Part shown: positions 39,882-49,898 of the stretch, piece by piece | Numbering within the stretch: the first letter of the stretch is position 1 | Layout: each line of letters begins with the position of its first letter | Source of the DNA: Obrimoposthia wandeli | Lineage: Eukaryota | DNA: 64,000 bases | NCBI GenBank assembly: GCA_977020255.1 | Contig: CDROCS010000506.1 | Location: 372,001 to 436,000, forward strand | Direction of reading: 5' to 3' | Notes under the pieces: generated by a model | Database searches by the model: none | The model's input: the letters and a program-made list of their open reading frames with translations, nothing else | What the model was told of the DNA's origin: nothing | Program-made: the position numbers and the translations under genes

Positions 39882-40691
39882 ATGAAAAAATTAGTTGGGT
39901 TAGTAGCAGCGATTGGCATGATGACGACCACTGCAGTACAAGCAGGTGATTCCGTTTCTATTTCAGGCTCTACTTCCGTCGCCCACGTAATGGAAGTACT
40001 CGCTGAGAACTATAGCAACGGCAACAACAAAACCGTTGAAGTACAAAGCACCGGATCATCTGCAGGTATTCGAGCAGCGACAGACGGGACCAGTATGATA
40101 GGTATGTCATCGCGCGATATAGCAGACAGTGAAAGCAAAGCACAAATTGAAGAAATCGTTATCGCTCGAGACGGTATTGCTATCGCACTAAACAATGACA
40201 ACAAAGTAGATAATTTAACCCAAAAACAAATTGCCAAGATCTATCGTGGCGAAATCACTAACTGGCAAGAAGTGGGTGGCGAAAACTCACCTATCGTTGT
40301 AGTGACACGTGAAAATGCATCAGGAACACGCGGCGCGTTTGAAGACATAATGTCACTAAAACGTGAAGTAAATGGCATGAAAGTATCTGCTATTTCACCA
40401 CGTGCACAAGTTGCAAACGGTAACGGCATGATCAAAACAATTGTAGCCAACAACCCATTTGCAATTGGCTTTGTTTCATTAGGTTCAATTGACGAGTCTT
40501 TACGCGCAGTTAAAGTAAATGGCATTGAAGCGAGCCATGAGAATATCGCAGCGGGTAAATATACTATCGCCCGACCTTTCATCGTTCTCATGAAAAATGA
40601 TGTGGCTAGCAATGCACGTGACTTTGTTAACTACATTTTATCTGATGATGGCCAAGCTATCATCGCCAATGAAGGTTACATCTCAATTTAA
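39882..40691 (+). CDS. pstS: Phosphate ABC transporter substrate-binding protein
   Basis: SGSTSV, TGSSAG, MSSR, ARDGIA, RENASGTRGAF, YTIARPF. Confidence 0.92.
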   Translation: MKKLVGLVAAIGMMTTTAVQAGDSVSISGSTSVAHVMEVLAENYSNGNNKTVEVQSTGSSAGIRAATDGTSMIGMSSRDIADSESKAQIEEIVIARDGIAIALNNDNKVDNLTQKQIAKIYRGEITNWQEVGGENSPIVVVTRENASGTRGAFEDIMSLKREVNGMKVSAISPRAQVANGNGMIKTIVANNPFAIGFVSLGSIDESLRAVKVNGIEASHENIAAGKYTIARPFIVLMKNDVASNARDFVNYILSDDGQAIIANEGYISI

Positions 40692-40772
40692 TCACCCCCT
40701 TTATTAACGCACAGTAAATATGAGAGGGGTTTATCCTCTCTCTGTTAACTTTCTTCGCAAGAAGGTAAATAA

Positions 40773-41678
40773 ATGAACACCCTAAGTACAGTTCAAAATC
40801 GTCAATCTAAATCGAATAGCAGCGCTAAAATCGATTGGCTTGGTCATACTTTCCAAGGACTATTCTTCACCAGTGCGATGGTCGGCATATTATCCGTCGC
40901 AACGATTGGCTGGTTTTTATTCCAAGAAGGTTTACCCGCGTTTATTCACGCTGGCATAAGTGAATTGGTGTTCGGCAATGAGTGGTTACCGCCCGCATTG
41001 TTCGGCATATTCCCTATGATTGTAGCAACATTAATTTCTACCCTAGGAGCGCTTCTTATCGGTGTTCCTATCGCATTATTAACGGCTATATTTCTTGCCG
41101 AGCTAGCGCCGAAATGGCTAGCGTATATCATCCGCCCAGCTGTTGAACTACTAGCAGGCATCCCCTCTGTCGTTTATGGTTTTTTTGGCTTAGTGGTTAT
41201 TGTACCTGCCATCGAAACGGCCTTTAATATTCCAGCGGGTAATACCTTATTAGCCGGCATCATTGTTTTAGCAATAATGATCTTACCAACGATCGTGACA
41301 ATTTCAGAAACATCATTACGCGCTTTGCCTGCGACTTATAAAGAAGGCGCATTGGCATTAGGTGCATCTCACGTTTATACCATTATCAAGGTACTTGTTC
41401 CCGCCGCTAAAAGCGGTATTTTAACGGGTATCGTACTCGGCATCGCACGTGCACTCGGCGAAACAATGGCCATCATAATGGTCATGGGTAACGCCCCTGC
41501 TATGCCGGGTTCATTGTTAGAACCAGCAAGAACATTAACCGCGAATATCGCTATGGAGATGTCATATGCAACTGGCATTCACGCCAGTTCATTATATGCA
41601 ACGGGTATCGTCTTACTGATTTTTATCGTCATCTTAAACAGTGGTCTGTTATATATTAATAATAAGCGAGCGCATTAA
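40773..41678 (+). CDS. pstC: Phosphate ABC transporter permease PstC
   Basis: ELLAGIPSVVYG, ARALGETMA; position in operon. Confidence 0.92.
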   Translation: MNTLSTVQNRQSKSNSSAKIDWLGHTFQGLFFTSAMVGILSVATIGWFLFQEGLPAFIHAGISELVFGNEWLPPALFGIFPMIVATLISTLGALLIGVPIALLTAIFLAELAPKWLAYIIRPAVELLAGIPSVVYGFFGLVVIVPAIETAFNIPAGNTLLAGIIVLAIMILPTIVTISETSLRALPATYKEGALALGASHVYTIIKVLVPAAKSGILTGIVLGIARALGETMAIIMVMGNAPAMPGSLLEPARTLTANIAMEMSYATGIHASSLYATGIVLLIFIVILNSGLLYINNKRAH

Positions 41679-42520
41679 TGCAACGTGACACTCAAGACAA
41701 ACTCATCCTCGCAGCTATTTGGTTTGCTGCTGGTATCACTATAACGTTCCTACTATGGATCGTATGGCATATTTTAAGTAATGGACTTTCCCATGTTAGT
41801 TGGGAGTTTATTACTGGTGCATACACGCGTATTGGTCAAGCCTCTGGCATTTGGGCAATGATCGTATCAACGATTTACATGGTTGGATTAACATTACTGA
41901 TTGCCGCGCCAATTGGCATCATGACGGCAATATATTTAATTGAATACGCCAAAGTTGGCAGCCGCATCGTTAAGGTGATCCGTTTTTGTACCGAATCATT
42001 AGCGGGTATCCCGTCAATTGTTTACGGCCTGTTTGGTATGACCTTTTTTGTCACCACGTTAGGACTCGGTTTTTCTATTTTAGCGGGCTCGCTTACATTA
42101 GCGATGTTGATCTTACCGGTGATAATTCGTACCACCGAAGAAGCATTAATGGCAGTACCAATGAGCTACCGTGAAGGTGGTTATGCATTGGGTGCGTCAA
42201 AACTTTATACCGTATGGCGACTTATCCTTCCCAGTGCCATGCCAGGGATTGTTACAGCGCTGATTTTAAGTATCGGCCGTGTTATTGGCGAGTCTGCACC
42301 GGTATTTTTAACGGCTGGTATGGTGACCCAAATTCCACAATCCGTTTTAGATTCAGGACGAACCCTAACCGTACACTTATATAAACTGACGCAAGAACTA
42401 TTTACCCAGCATGAATGGGATCAAGCTTACGCCACAGCTACCGTACTTATTGTATTGGTATTATTGCTCAATTTGGCGACCAAATTAATTGCCTCTCGTT
42501 TTAACAAAGCTACTTATTAA
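41678..42520 (+). CDS. pstA: Phosphate ABC transporter permease PstA
   Basis: [27 protein letters not shown]; overlaps pstC stop. Confidence 0.92.
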   Translation: MQRDTQDKLILAAIWFAAGITITFLLWIVWHILSNGLSHVSWEFITGAYTRIGQASGIWAMIVSTIYMVGLTLLIAAPIGIMTAIYLIEYAKVGSRIVKVIRFCTESLAGIPSIVYGLFGMTFFVTTLGLGFSILAGSLTLAMLILPVIIRTTEEALMAVPMSYREGGYALGASKLYTVWRLILPSAMPGIVTALILSIGRVIGESAPVFLTAGMVTQIPQSVLDSGRTLTVHLYKLTQELFTQHEWDQAYATATVLIVLVLLLNLATKLIASRFNKATY

Positions 42521-42531
42521 GGCCAAAAATT

Positions 42532-43281
42532 ATGAATAAACTAGACATCAACAACTTAAATCTTTTTTATGGTCAAAATCAAGCATTGAAAAATGTTTCG
42601 CTGCCGATCCCTAAAAATCAAGTAACAGCCCTTATTGGCCCTTCTGGTTGTGGTAAATCAACCCTGTTACGTTCATTAAATAGAATGAATGACTTGATCG
42701 AGAATGTCTCGATCACCGGTGATGTGCATTTTGAAGGTCAGGATATTTATCATGACTTCGACGTCAGACAGTTACGCATGCGTGTTGGTATGGTATTTCA
42801 AAAAGCCAACCCCTTCCCTATGAGTATTTATGAAAACGTTGCGTTTGGATTACGTGCTCAAGGAATCAAAAATAAAAGCACATTAGATGAAATTGTCGAA
42901 GCGTCATTACGCAGTGCGGCATTATGGGATGAAGTTTCTGACAGACTAGATTCTCAAGCTTTTGGTCTATCTGGCGGTCAACAGCAACGGTTATGTATCG
43001 CGCGCACCATTGCAATGAAACCAGAAGTCATTTTAATGGATGAACCAACGAGTGCTCTCGACCCCATTGCTACCCATAAGATTGAAGAGTTGATGGACGA
43101 GTTAAGAAAAAAATTCACTATTGTCATTGTTACCCATTCAATGCAGCAAGCACGCCGTATTTCAGATAAAACCGCGTTCTTTTGGATGGGCGAGTTAGTC
43201 GAACACGGTGAAACAAAGCAAGTATTTGAGCAACCTAAAGATAGCAGAACACAAGGTTATGTGAACGGCGACTTTGGCTAA
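42532..43281 (+). CDS. pstB: Phosphate ABC transporter ATP-binding protein
   Basis: [39 protein letters not shown]. Confidence 0.95.
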   Translation: MNKLDINNLNLFYGQNQALKNVSLPIPKNQVTALIGPSGCGKSTLLRSLNRMNDLIENVSITGDVHFEGQDIYHDFDVRQLRMRVGMVFQKANPFPMSIYENVAFGLRAQGIKNKSTLDEIVEASLRSAALWDEVSDRLDSQAFGLSGGQQQRLCIARTIAMKPEVILMDEPTSALDPIATHKIEELMDELRKKFTIVIVTHSMQQARRISDKTAFFWMGELVEHGETKQVFEQPKDSRTQGYVNGDFG

Positions 43282-43520
43282 CGATCGGCTAACAATCGCT
43301 TAATAACAGATTGGTAACAGGCTAATAATAGGCCAAAAATAGACACACTTCCTTGCCCGATTCATCGCTTATTGGTGGTTCGGCAAGGATTAAAAATACG
43401 GATAACATAGAATGCAATTAAGTAAAGTACAATTAATCCGATCCAGATAACAAAAAAAGTTGTACATTTCAATTAGACTTTAGTTATCCATGATCCTACC
43501 GTTTAAGTTGTAAAGCCGTT

Positions 43521-44012
43521 ATGTATTACGATAAATTCACCATCTCTTATACTTCTCCTACTGGTGAGCAAGCGTGTCACATCATTTTAGTTGGTGACGA
43601 TGCCGGTATCACCCAGCTCATGATCGATAATGGCACAAAACCCATCCAAATTTCAGCTAACTGGTTACACTCAAGTACCTATTTCAATGAGGCTAAGCAG
43701 CAGTTGCGTGAATATTTCACCAATAAAAGAAAAGTGTTTGAACTGAAATTAAATCCGCTAGGTACCGTATTTCAACGTCACGCTTGGCAACAACTAATCA
43801 AAATACCGAATGGGGAAACACGTCGTTATAAAGACATCGCAGCAGGTCTGGGCAACCCTAATGCTTCACGTGCAGTTGGTATGGCGAATAACAAAAACCC
43901 GATCCCAATCATCATCCCCTGCCACCGTGTTATCGGCGCGAATAATAAATTAGTGGGTTATGCGTATGGTTTGGAATTAAAGCAGCAATTATTGGCACTT
44001 GAAATCGCTTAA
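43521..44012 (+). CDS. ogt: Methylated-DNA--protein-cysteine methyltransferase
   Basis: IPNGETRRY, ASRAVG, IIPCHRVIG active-site motif. Confidence 0.92.
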   Translation: MYYDKFTISYTSPTGEQACHIILVGDDAGITQLMIDNGTKPIQISANWLHSSTYFNEAKQQLREYFTNKRKVFELKLNPLGTVFQRHAWQQLIKIPNGETRRYKDIAAGLGNPNASRAVGMANNKNPIPIIIPCHRVIGANNKLVGYAYGLELKQQLLALEIA

Positions 44013-44035
44013 ACCGAATGACAATAGCCGTATTA

Positions 44036-44073
44036 ACCGCTTGCCCTGATAATGTTCACCATTCGCAAGCGGT
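44036..44073. terminator. Hairpin between convergent ogt and sigma gene
   Basis: accgcttgc...gcaagcggt. Confidence 0.55.
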
Positions 44074-44100
44074 AGCCTATCGATCTACACCATATAACAG

Positions 44101-44955
44101 TTAAGAGATGTAATCATGCTGTTGCACACTGTTGACTAATAATTTAGGTTTTAGTCGTCTCAGATTCGTGCGGATGATCGTACGGGCTTTTTCACGAGAG
44201 ATTAATAAGCGTTCGCCAATGCGTAATAGGCTCAGCGGCTCCTCACCTGTTAATCCAAATCGTAATTCAATAACATTACGCTCTAATGTAGGCAAATTAT
44301 CTAATAGTGCCAGCAAATAATCACGAGTATTACCGGTTTCTAGTTTCGCACAAGGCGTACTTGTTGTTTCATCTTCAATAATATCGCCAAGCGTCGTCAT
44401 TGAATCATTATCAGTCATCATGCCTTTATCTAAACTTAATTCATTAAAGTAATAAGACAATACATCCATCACTTCTCCCACATCGGTCTCTAATACTTTG
44501 GCAATAACGACCAAGTCATTATCACTACCAACATCAAGGCCGAGTTCCCTGGCTACTTTAGCGATACTTTTATGCATTTTACCGACATGGATAGGGATAC
44601 GAATAGTGCGGGCGTTATTCATAATACTGCGCTCAATATTATTCTTGATCCACCAAATAGCATACGTTGAAAAACGATAACCTTTACTAGCATCAAATTT
44701 CTCTACGGCGCGGATTAACCCAGTATTACCTTCCTGAATGATATCAACCAAAGGAATCGAACTATATTGATAACGCTTAGCGACACTGATAACCAAACGT
44801 AAATTAGCTTCAATCATCTTGTTCTTCGCACGCAAGTCTCCCTCTCCAACGGCGACAGCAAGATCGTGTTCTTCTTCTTTCGTCAATAATTTACGACCTT
44901 TATTGACCTGTTGCATATAAACGTCTAATGCATTTGAATCGTGAGATATGTCCAT
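44101..44955 (-). CDS. RpoS-like group-2 sigma-70 factor paralogue
   Basis: Region 1.2 LDVYMQQV, 2.1 MIEANLRLVISVAKRY, 2.2 DIIQEGNTGLIRAVEKFD, 2.3 GYRFSTYAIWWIK, 2.4 RTIRIPIH; region 4 IELRFGL. Confidence 0.88.
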   Translation of the reverse strand: MDISHDSNALDVYMQQVNKGRKLLTKEEEHDLAVAVGEGDLRAKNKMIEANLRLVISVAKRYQYSSIPLVDIIQEGNTGLIRAVEKFDASKGYRFSTYAIWWIKNNIERSIMNNARTIRIPIHVGKMHKSIAKVARELGLDVGSDNDLVVIAKVLETDVGEVMDVLSYYFNELSLDKGMMTDNDSMTTLGDIIEDETTSTPCAKLETGNTRDYLLALLDNLPTLERNVIELRFGLTGEEPLSLLRIGERLLISREKARTIIRTNLRRLKPKLLVNSVQQHDYIS

Positions 44956-45346
44956 TTATCTTCCCTATCAATAATAATCACTTAATCTTAAAAAACCATC
45001 CAGTTTAATACCTAACTTTAAGTACTAGGAAAGTATTAGAGCACTCATTATTACCAATAACTAGGTATTGATGGCCATATGAATAAAAAATGTGACAGAG
45101 CTTCACGTTTATGTGCGCGAGATCAAATAATTGAAATGAAAAATGTCTGGTCGGAGCTATGCCTGTTTCTAAAAATGGACGCTTAATAAACGTAAGTTAT
45201 TGATTTAAATAATCATTGGTTATTTTATGAAGTTACCGCTAACTTATTTTATAATCCTAATATTTATAGTAAATAAGGAGCGTGGTATCTCAATATAAAA
45301 TCAGTATACTAACCACCGTTTAAAGCTAAGGAATACACTTACCACT

Positions 45347-46795
45347 ATGTTAACGCTAACAAAACATCACGCAGCACGTCACTATTTCCTCGCTGCCGTC
45401 ATATTCAGTATTTACGGTGGTCGTGTGTGCCCCTTTATTGAATCAATCTCAATTTGGCAGAATAGTGCTTATTCCTTTATCGTATTCGCCGTAATGTTTG
45501 TGGTGAGAACGAAATTAATCCAAGATCGCGTTGGGTTTAAGCATGTATTCCTCGAGTTAAGTATTTTCATTGCTGGTGCACTCGCCCTTTCTGTTTGGTA
45601 TAGCGGCTATTACGACTTCCCAATAGAAAGTAACTTGAAGGTGCTATTTGGCATCGGTTCCTTAGGCACGCTCATTAGTCTCGATTTGGCACTGCAAGCA
45701 CAAGTCAAACATTACCCACACACCGAATACCAACAGTTGCCAGAAAAGATGACCCACATGCGTCACTCTGTCGCGAGCCAACTTGCTGCTTTAGTGGTGT
45801 TTATCGTGATGATGTTAACTACTATTTTAGCCATGATCATGGTGAAAGATGTGCGGTGGTTAACCGACAATATTGGCAAAATAGAGGAACAGGCTGCATT
45901 AGTTAGCATTATCAAAGAATTTGTCTTTGTCGCTGTGGTATTGCTCATTTACACCTGCACTATTATGTACCACTGGTTACAATTATTACGCCTGTTATTA
46001 GATAACCAACAACGGGTATTGATCGCGGCGGCGAACGGCGATCTCAATGTTCGCGTTCCCGTATCAGACCAAGGTGAGTTAGGCATTATTGCTTATTACA
46101 CCAATGATATGTTGAATAAACTTGCACGCAGCAAGGACGAAGTAATACAAACCCGAGATGTCGCCATTGTCGGCTTGTCCGCATTAGCAGAAGCCCGCGA
46201 TAATGAAACTGGCGGGCATATTTTACGTACCCAAGAATATGTACGCGCATTAGCCATTCAACTACAAAACCACATTAAATACCGTGATTACTTGACCAAT
46301 GAAACGGTTGATTTACTCTACAAATCAGCACCACTACATGACATAGGTAAAGTCGGCATTCCCGATGCTATCTTGTTGAAACCTGGTAAGCTGACTGATG
46401 ACGAATTTACCATCATGAAAACCCATGCCATGATTGGAGCTGAATCCATTGCCGTGGCAGAAAAACAAATGGGCTCGAATAGTTTTCTAGCGATCGCTAG
46501 AGAGATAGCGCTTAGCCATCATGAGAAATGGGATGGCAGCGGTTACCCTTATCAATTAAGCGGTGATGATATTCCGCTATCGGGACGTTTAATGGCACTG
46601 GCGGATGTCTATGACGCACTTATCTCTAAACGGGTTTACAAACCTGCATTTAGCCACGATAAGGCCAAAGAAATTATCTTAGCGGGTAATGGCAGCCACT
46701 TTGATCCAGCAGTGGTTGAAGCATTCATTAATTGTGAACAAATGTTTGTGAGTATTGCCCTAACTTATAACGATGAAAAAGAACAAGCAGCATAA
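45347..46795 (+). CDS. Membrane HD-GYP cyclic-dinucleotide phosphodiesterase (TM + HAMP)
   Basis: ETGGHILR, LHDIGK, HHEKWDGSGYP, ALADVYDAL...R.YK. Confidence 0.9.
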   Translation: MLTLTKHHAARHYFLAAVIFSIYGGRVCPFIESISIWQNSAYSFIVFAVMFVVRTKLIQDRVGFKHVFLELSIFIAGALALSVWYSGYYDFPIESNLKVLFGIGSLGTLISLDLALQAQVKHYPHTEYQQLPEKMTHMRHSVASQLAALVVFIVMMLTTILAMIMVKDVRWLTDNIGKIEEQAALVSIIKEFVFVAVVLLIYTCTIMYHWLQLLRLLLDNQQRVLIAAANGDLNVRVPVSDQGELGIIAYYTNDMLNKLARSKDEVIQTRDVAIVGLSALAEARDNETGGHILRTQEYVRALAIQLQNHIKYRDYLTNETVDLLYKSAPLHDIGKVGIPDAILLKPGKLTDDEFTIMKTHAMIGAESIAVAEKQMGSNSFLAIAREIALSHHEKWDGSGYPYQLSGDDIPLSGRLMALADVYDALISKRVYKPAFSHDKAKEIILAGNGSHFDPAVVEAFINCEQMFVSIALTYNDEKEQAA

Positions 46796-46797
46796 GG

Positions 46798-47856
46798 ATG
46801 ACAATGCAATTTTCAATACTTGGTAGTAGTGGTTTATCTGTATCTCGAGTCTGCTTAGGCAGTATGACGTGGGGTTTTCAAAATAACCAACAAGACGCCA
46901 ATCAACAAATCGATTATGCCCTAGCGCAAGGCGTTAACTTCATCGATACAGCAGAGATGTATGCGGTGCCACCGTCAGCCGATACTTATGGCAAAACCGA
47001 AACCATTATCGGTAATTGGTTAGCAGCAAATCCACAACGTCGCAAAGACATTATCTTAGCGACTAAGATTGCCGGCCCTGGTTTACCTTGGGTTCGTAAT
47101 GGCGCGCCGATCACCGGAGATGCAGTCGTTCAAGCTGTTGATGCGTCATTAAAGCGTCTGCAAACTGACTATATCGACTTATTCCAACTGCACTGGCCCA
47201 ACCGCCCTAACCCGCATTTTAGCCGACACAAACCAAACGATACCCGTTTCAGTGATATCAATGCCGCAGATCATACCGCGCAAATGCTGGATATCTTAAA
47301 AGGACTGCAACGCTGTGTAGATGCAGGTAAGATCCGCTTTTGTGGTTTATCTGATGATACGACTTGGGGCATAAATACCTACCTTAAACTCAGCGAGCAA
47401 CATAAGTTACCGCGCATGGTCTCTATTCAAAACGAGTTTAGCTTACTGCATGCCAAAGACTGGCCGTATTTAATCGAAAACTGCGTGCATGAAGATATCG
47501 CTTATTTACCCTGGTCACCACTAGCGACAGGTATGCTATCTGGCAAGTACTTAAACAATGCCCGACCGGAAGGCAGCCGCTGGACATTTTCGCCAGCGCA
47601 TAAACTGTATAGAAACACTGACGCGGCCCAACTAGCGACAGCTGAGTATGCCGAAATTGCCCACCAGCATGGCATTACCCCTGCACAATTAGCGTTAGCT
47701 TGGTGTGATCAGGTTGATGGTGTGACCTCGACTATTATCGGGGCGACGACAATGCCGCAACTACAAGAAAACATTAATGCTTTCTCAACACCGTTGACAC
47801 CACAAGCATTAGACGATATCAGCGCCGTGTTTAAACGCTATCCAGCACCATTTTAA
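46798..47856 (+). CDS. tas: Aldo/keto reductase (Tas-like)
   Basis: LGSMTWG, FIDTAEMY, ATKIAG, LKRLQTDYIDLFQLHWP, PWSPLATG. Confidence 0.8.
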   Translation: MTMQFSILGSSGLSVSRVCLGSMTWGFQNNQQDANQQIDYALAQGVNFIDTAEMYAVPPSADTYGKTETIIGNWLAANPQRRKDIILATKIAGPGLPWVRNGAPITGDAVVQAVDASLKRLQTDYIDLFQLHWPNRPNPHFSRHKPNDTRFSDINAADHTAQMLDILKGLQRCVDAGKIRFCGLSDDTTWGINTYLKLSEQHKLPRMVSIQNEFSLLHAKDWPYLIENCVHEDIAYLPWSPLATGMLSGKYLNNARPEGSRWTFSPAHKLYRNTDAAQLATAEYAEIAHQHGITPAQLALAWCDQVDGVTSTIIGATTMPQLQENINAFSTPLTPQALDDISAVFKRYPAPF

Positions 47857-47882
47857 GCGTGTAGCTAAGTCTTAATGCCACT

Positions 47883-47971
47883 GTTCTATTAAGAGTTCTA
47901 TTAATAGTTCTATTAAGAGTTTTATTAACAGTTCTATTAAGAGTTTTATAAAGGATTGTATTAAGGATTGT
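47883..47971. repeat. 12-nt tandem repeat, about 7 copies, intergenic
   Basis: gttctattaaga, gttctattaata, gttctattaaga, gttttattaaca, gttctattaaga, gttttataaagg, attgtattaagg. Confidence 0.92.
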
Positions 47972-48193
47972 GGCGAGCATGCGGAAATAGCCATGCTCTT
48001 GCTGCAACCCACTACAGCTGCTACAGTAAAGAACGAAGTGAACTTAAATAAGTCAGATTAAGAGAGTCATATATTCAATATCACTGACAATAATTTACTA
48101 TTAAGTTTGTAAAAGTGCGATCTGATCAACTAAAAAAGCACACTTAATAGGTATAATCGAATTAACTCCAAATAAGGATATAAGGAATTAAAT

Positions 48194-48649
48194 ATGCCAT
48201 TTATTAATATCAAACAATCATTTACGGAATGGCAAGAGCGCCTTAATACGCTTGCAGGTCATTCAGGTTTACACTCGATCCTGATCATGGAGTCAAAGCC
48301 CGACACAATGGAAGTTGTCGTAGCCAACGAACAGCCTATTTACAATGTCGGTGATTGTGGACCAAAAAGCAGACAACCCGGCTGTCACGAACTGTATTGT
48401 GAACGCGTAGTTGATACAGCCCAACCGGTATTTATTCCCGACGCAAGCATTGATGAAGAATGGAAAGGCAACGAAGATTACGTGAAATTCAACTTAGGTG
48501 TATACCTTGGATTTCCGTTGGTTAATGAAGGTGTGGTTGTCGGCACTATCTGTGCGCTAAATGATAAAACATTTGATTTCAATGAAGGTTCACCGTCTAT
48601 GTGCAGTGAATTAGTACAATTAAAAAATGATATCGAATTAGCATTCTAA
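48194..48649 (+). CDS. Stand-alone GAF-domain protein
   Basis: LYCERVV....PVFIPDA, YLGFPL...GVVVGTICAL. Confidence 0.8.
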   Translation: MPFINIKQSFTEWQERLNTLAGHSGLHSILIMESKPDTMEVVVANEQPIYNVGDCGPKSRQPGCHELYCERVVDTAQPVFIPDASIDEEWKGNEDYVKFNLGVYLGFPLVNEGVVVGTICALNDKTFDFNEGSPSMCSELVQLKNDIELAF

Positions 48650-48661
48650 TAATTGAACATG

Positions 48662-48691
48662 TCAGCAGCATATCTATATGCTGCTGATTTT
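48662..48691 (+). terminator. Rho-independent terminator
   Basis: tcagcagcatat-ct-atatgctgctga-tttt. Confidence 0.85.
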
Positions 48692-48704
48692 ACGTCGCTA
48701 TTTA

Positions 48705-48797
48705 TTTTACCTGACTACTGGTTTTTACCTGATTACTCATTTTTTACCTGACTACTCGTTTTTACTTAACGACTAGTTTTTACGTGACCGTTTACTC
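48705..48797. repeat. ~18-19-nt degenerate tandem repeat continuous with the 3' end of the GGDEF gene
   Basis: ttttacctgactactggt / ttttacctgattactcatt / ttttacctgactactcgt / ttttacttaacgactagtt / ttttacgtgaccg. Confidence 0.8.
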
Positions 48798-49573
48798 ACA
48801 TATAACAATTTATCTGCCGACGCTAACGCCCCAGACAACGTAATATCATGACTCATAGCATGCAATCCAAAGCTAAATGAAATACCTAAAAAGTCTTTAT
48901 CCTGCTCTATATTATGACGCATAAGTGTTAAACGCTCATCAATTTTAACGTTACTCACATCTTCAAATACAACCACAAATTCATCGCCGCCGACACGATA
49001 GATCGTATCTTTATCGCGTAGCTGGCTGTTAATGTGCAAAGCAAACTTTCTCAATATTTCATCACCTTTCAAGTGACCAAAGGTATCGTTAATATGTTTG
49101 AAATTATCTAAATCTAAATACACAACGGTATTATTGTTATTAAACGTACGTTGCATTAACGCCGTTTTGTTGGCGATACCCGTTAAGTCATCATGCTGTA
49201 AACGCGCATTAAGCTTATCTGCTATTTTCACTTTGTCAGTGATATCCCACGACAACAACGCCATAAATTCATCACCGCCATCGGTCATGATATAGCGTAC
49301 CGATTCAAAACTGGTATCAAGGAAGGTTTCAATACTGGTTCTCATCTTGCCCGGTTCACCTAACGCTGCAGCATCATTAGCTTTGCACTGTAGTAGTAGG
49401 TCTATCACATCTTTATCTTCAATTTTCTCTATAATGTCGTCAAGCGTTAGTCCATGTACATCAAATGGAAAAAAACCTTTATAGCTTTCATTTACAACGA
49501 TATGCTCGCCAGTTAATTTTTTTACCGCCACCAATCCTGGGAAATTTTGAATAACTTGATTTATTAATGACAT
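48773..49573 (-). CDS. Diguanylate cyclase with PAS-like N-terminus
   Basis: DDLTGIANK, DLDNFKHINDTFGHLKGD, I-site RDKD, YRVGGDEF, ADKLLY..K. Confidence 0.9.
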   Translation of the reverse strand: MSLINQVIQNFPGLVAVKKLTGEHIVVNESYKGFFPFDVHGLTLDDIIEKIEDKDVIDLLLQCKANDAAALGEPGKMRTSIETFLDTSFESVRYIMTDGGDEFMALLSWDITDKVKIADKLNARLQHDDLTGIANKTALMQRTFNNNNTVVYLDLDNFKHINDTFGHLKGDEILRKFALHINSQLRDKDTIYRVGGDEFVVVFEDVSNVKIDERLTLMRHNIEQDKDFLGISFSFGLHAMSHDITLSGALASADKLLYVSKRSRKN

Positions 49574-49898
49574 GCTAACTCCATTTACGCTGGCAAAAAA
49601 TGATTATAGCTTAATCCCCCTAACAAAGACTATGGATATATGCCTTAAGCCCTTAACATTACTCCTTTATTAGTATTAAATTAAAACCAAAATCGCAGTC
49701 GATTTAAGCGAACTGCTATTATTCATTCAAATAACGCTTTAATACACCTAAACTATTATATTTAATAGGTTTTTTATTAAATCTTGTGTATCCTGATTCA
49801 TTCATAAATAGACAGCACATTTAGCCAATCACTTTATACATATAACGTATAAAAATAGCATTACTGTTTGTTATATATATATAAACTGAGATGTAATT

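Noticed and set aside
45007-45069. aatacctaa...ctaggtatt inverted repeat upstream of the sigma gene
   Set aside because: Short AT-rich arms with a long spacer; cannot be distinguished from chance without comparative data.
47883-47971. Repeat array as possible CRISPR
   Set aside because: Units are 12 nt, directly abutting with no unique spacers, and there are no cas genes in the window.
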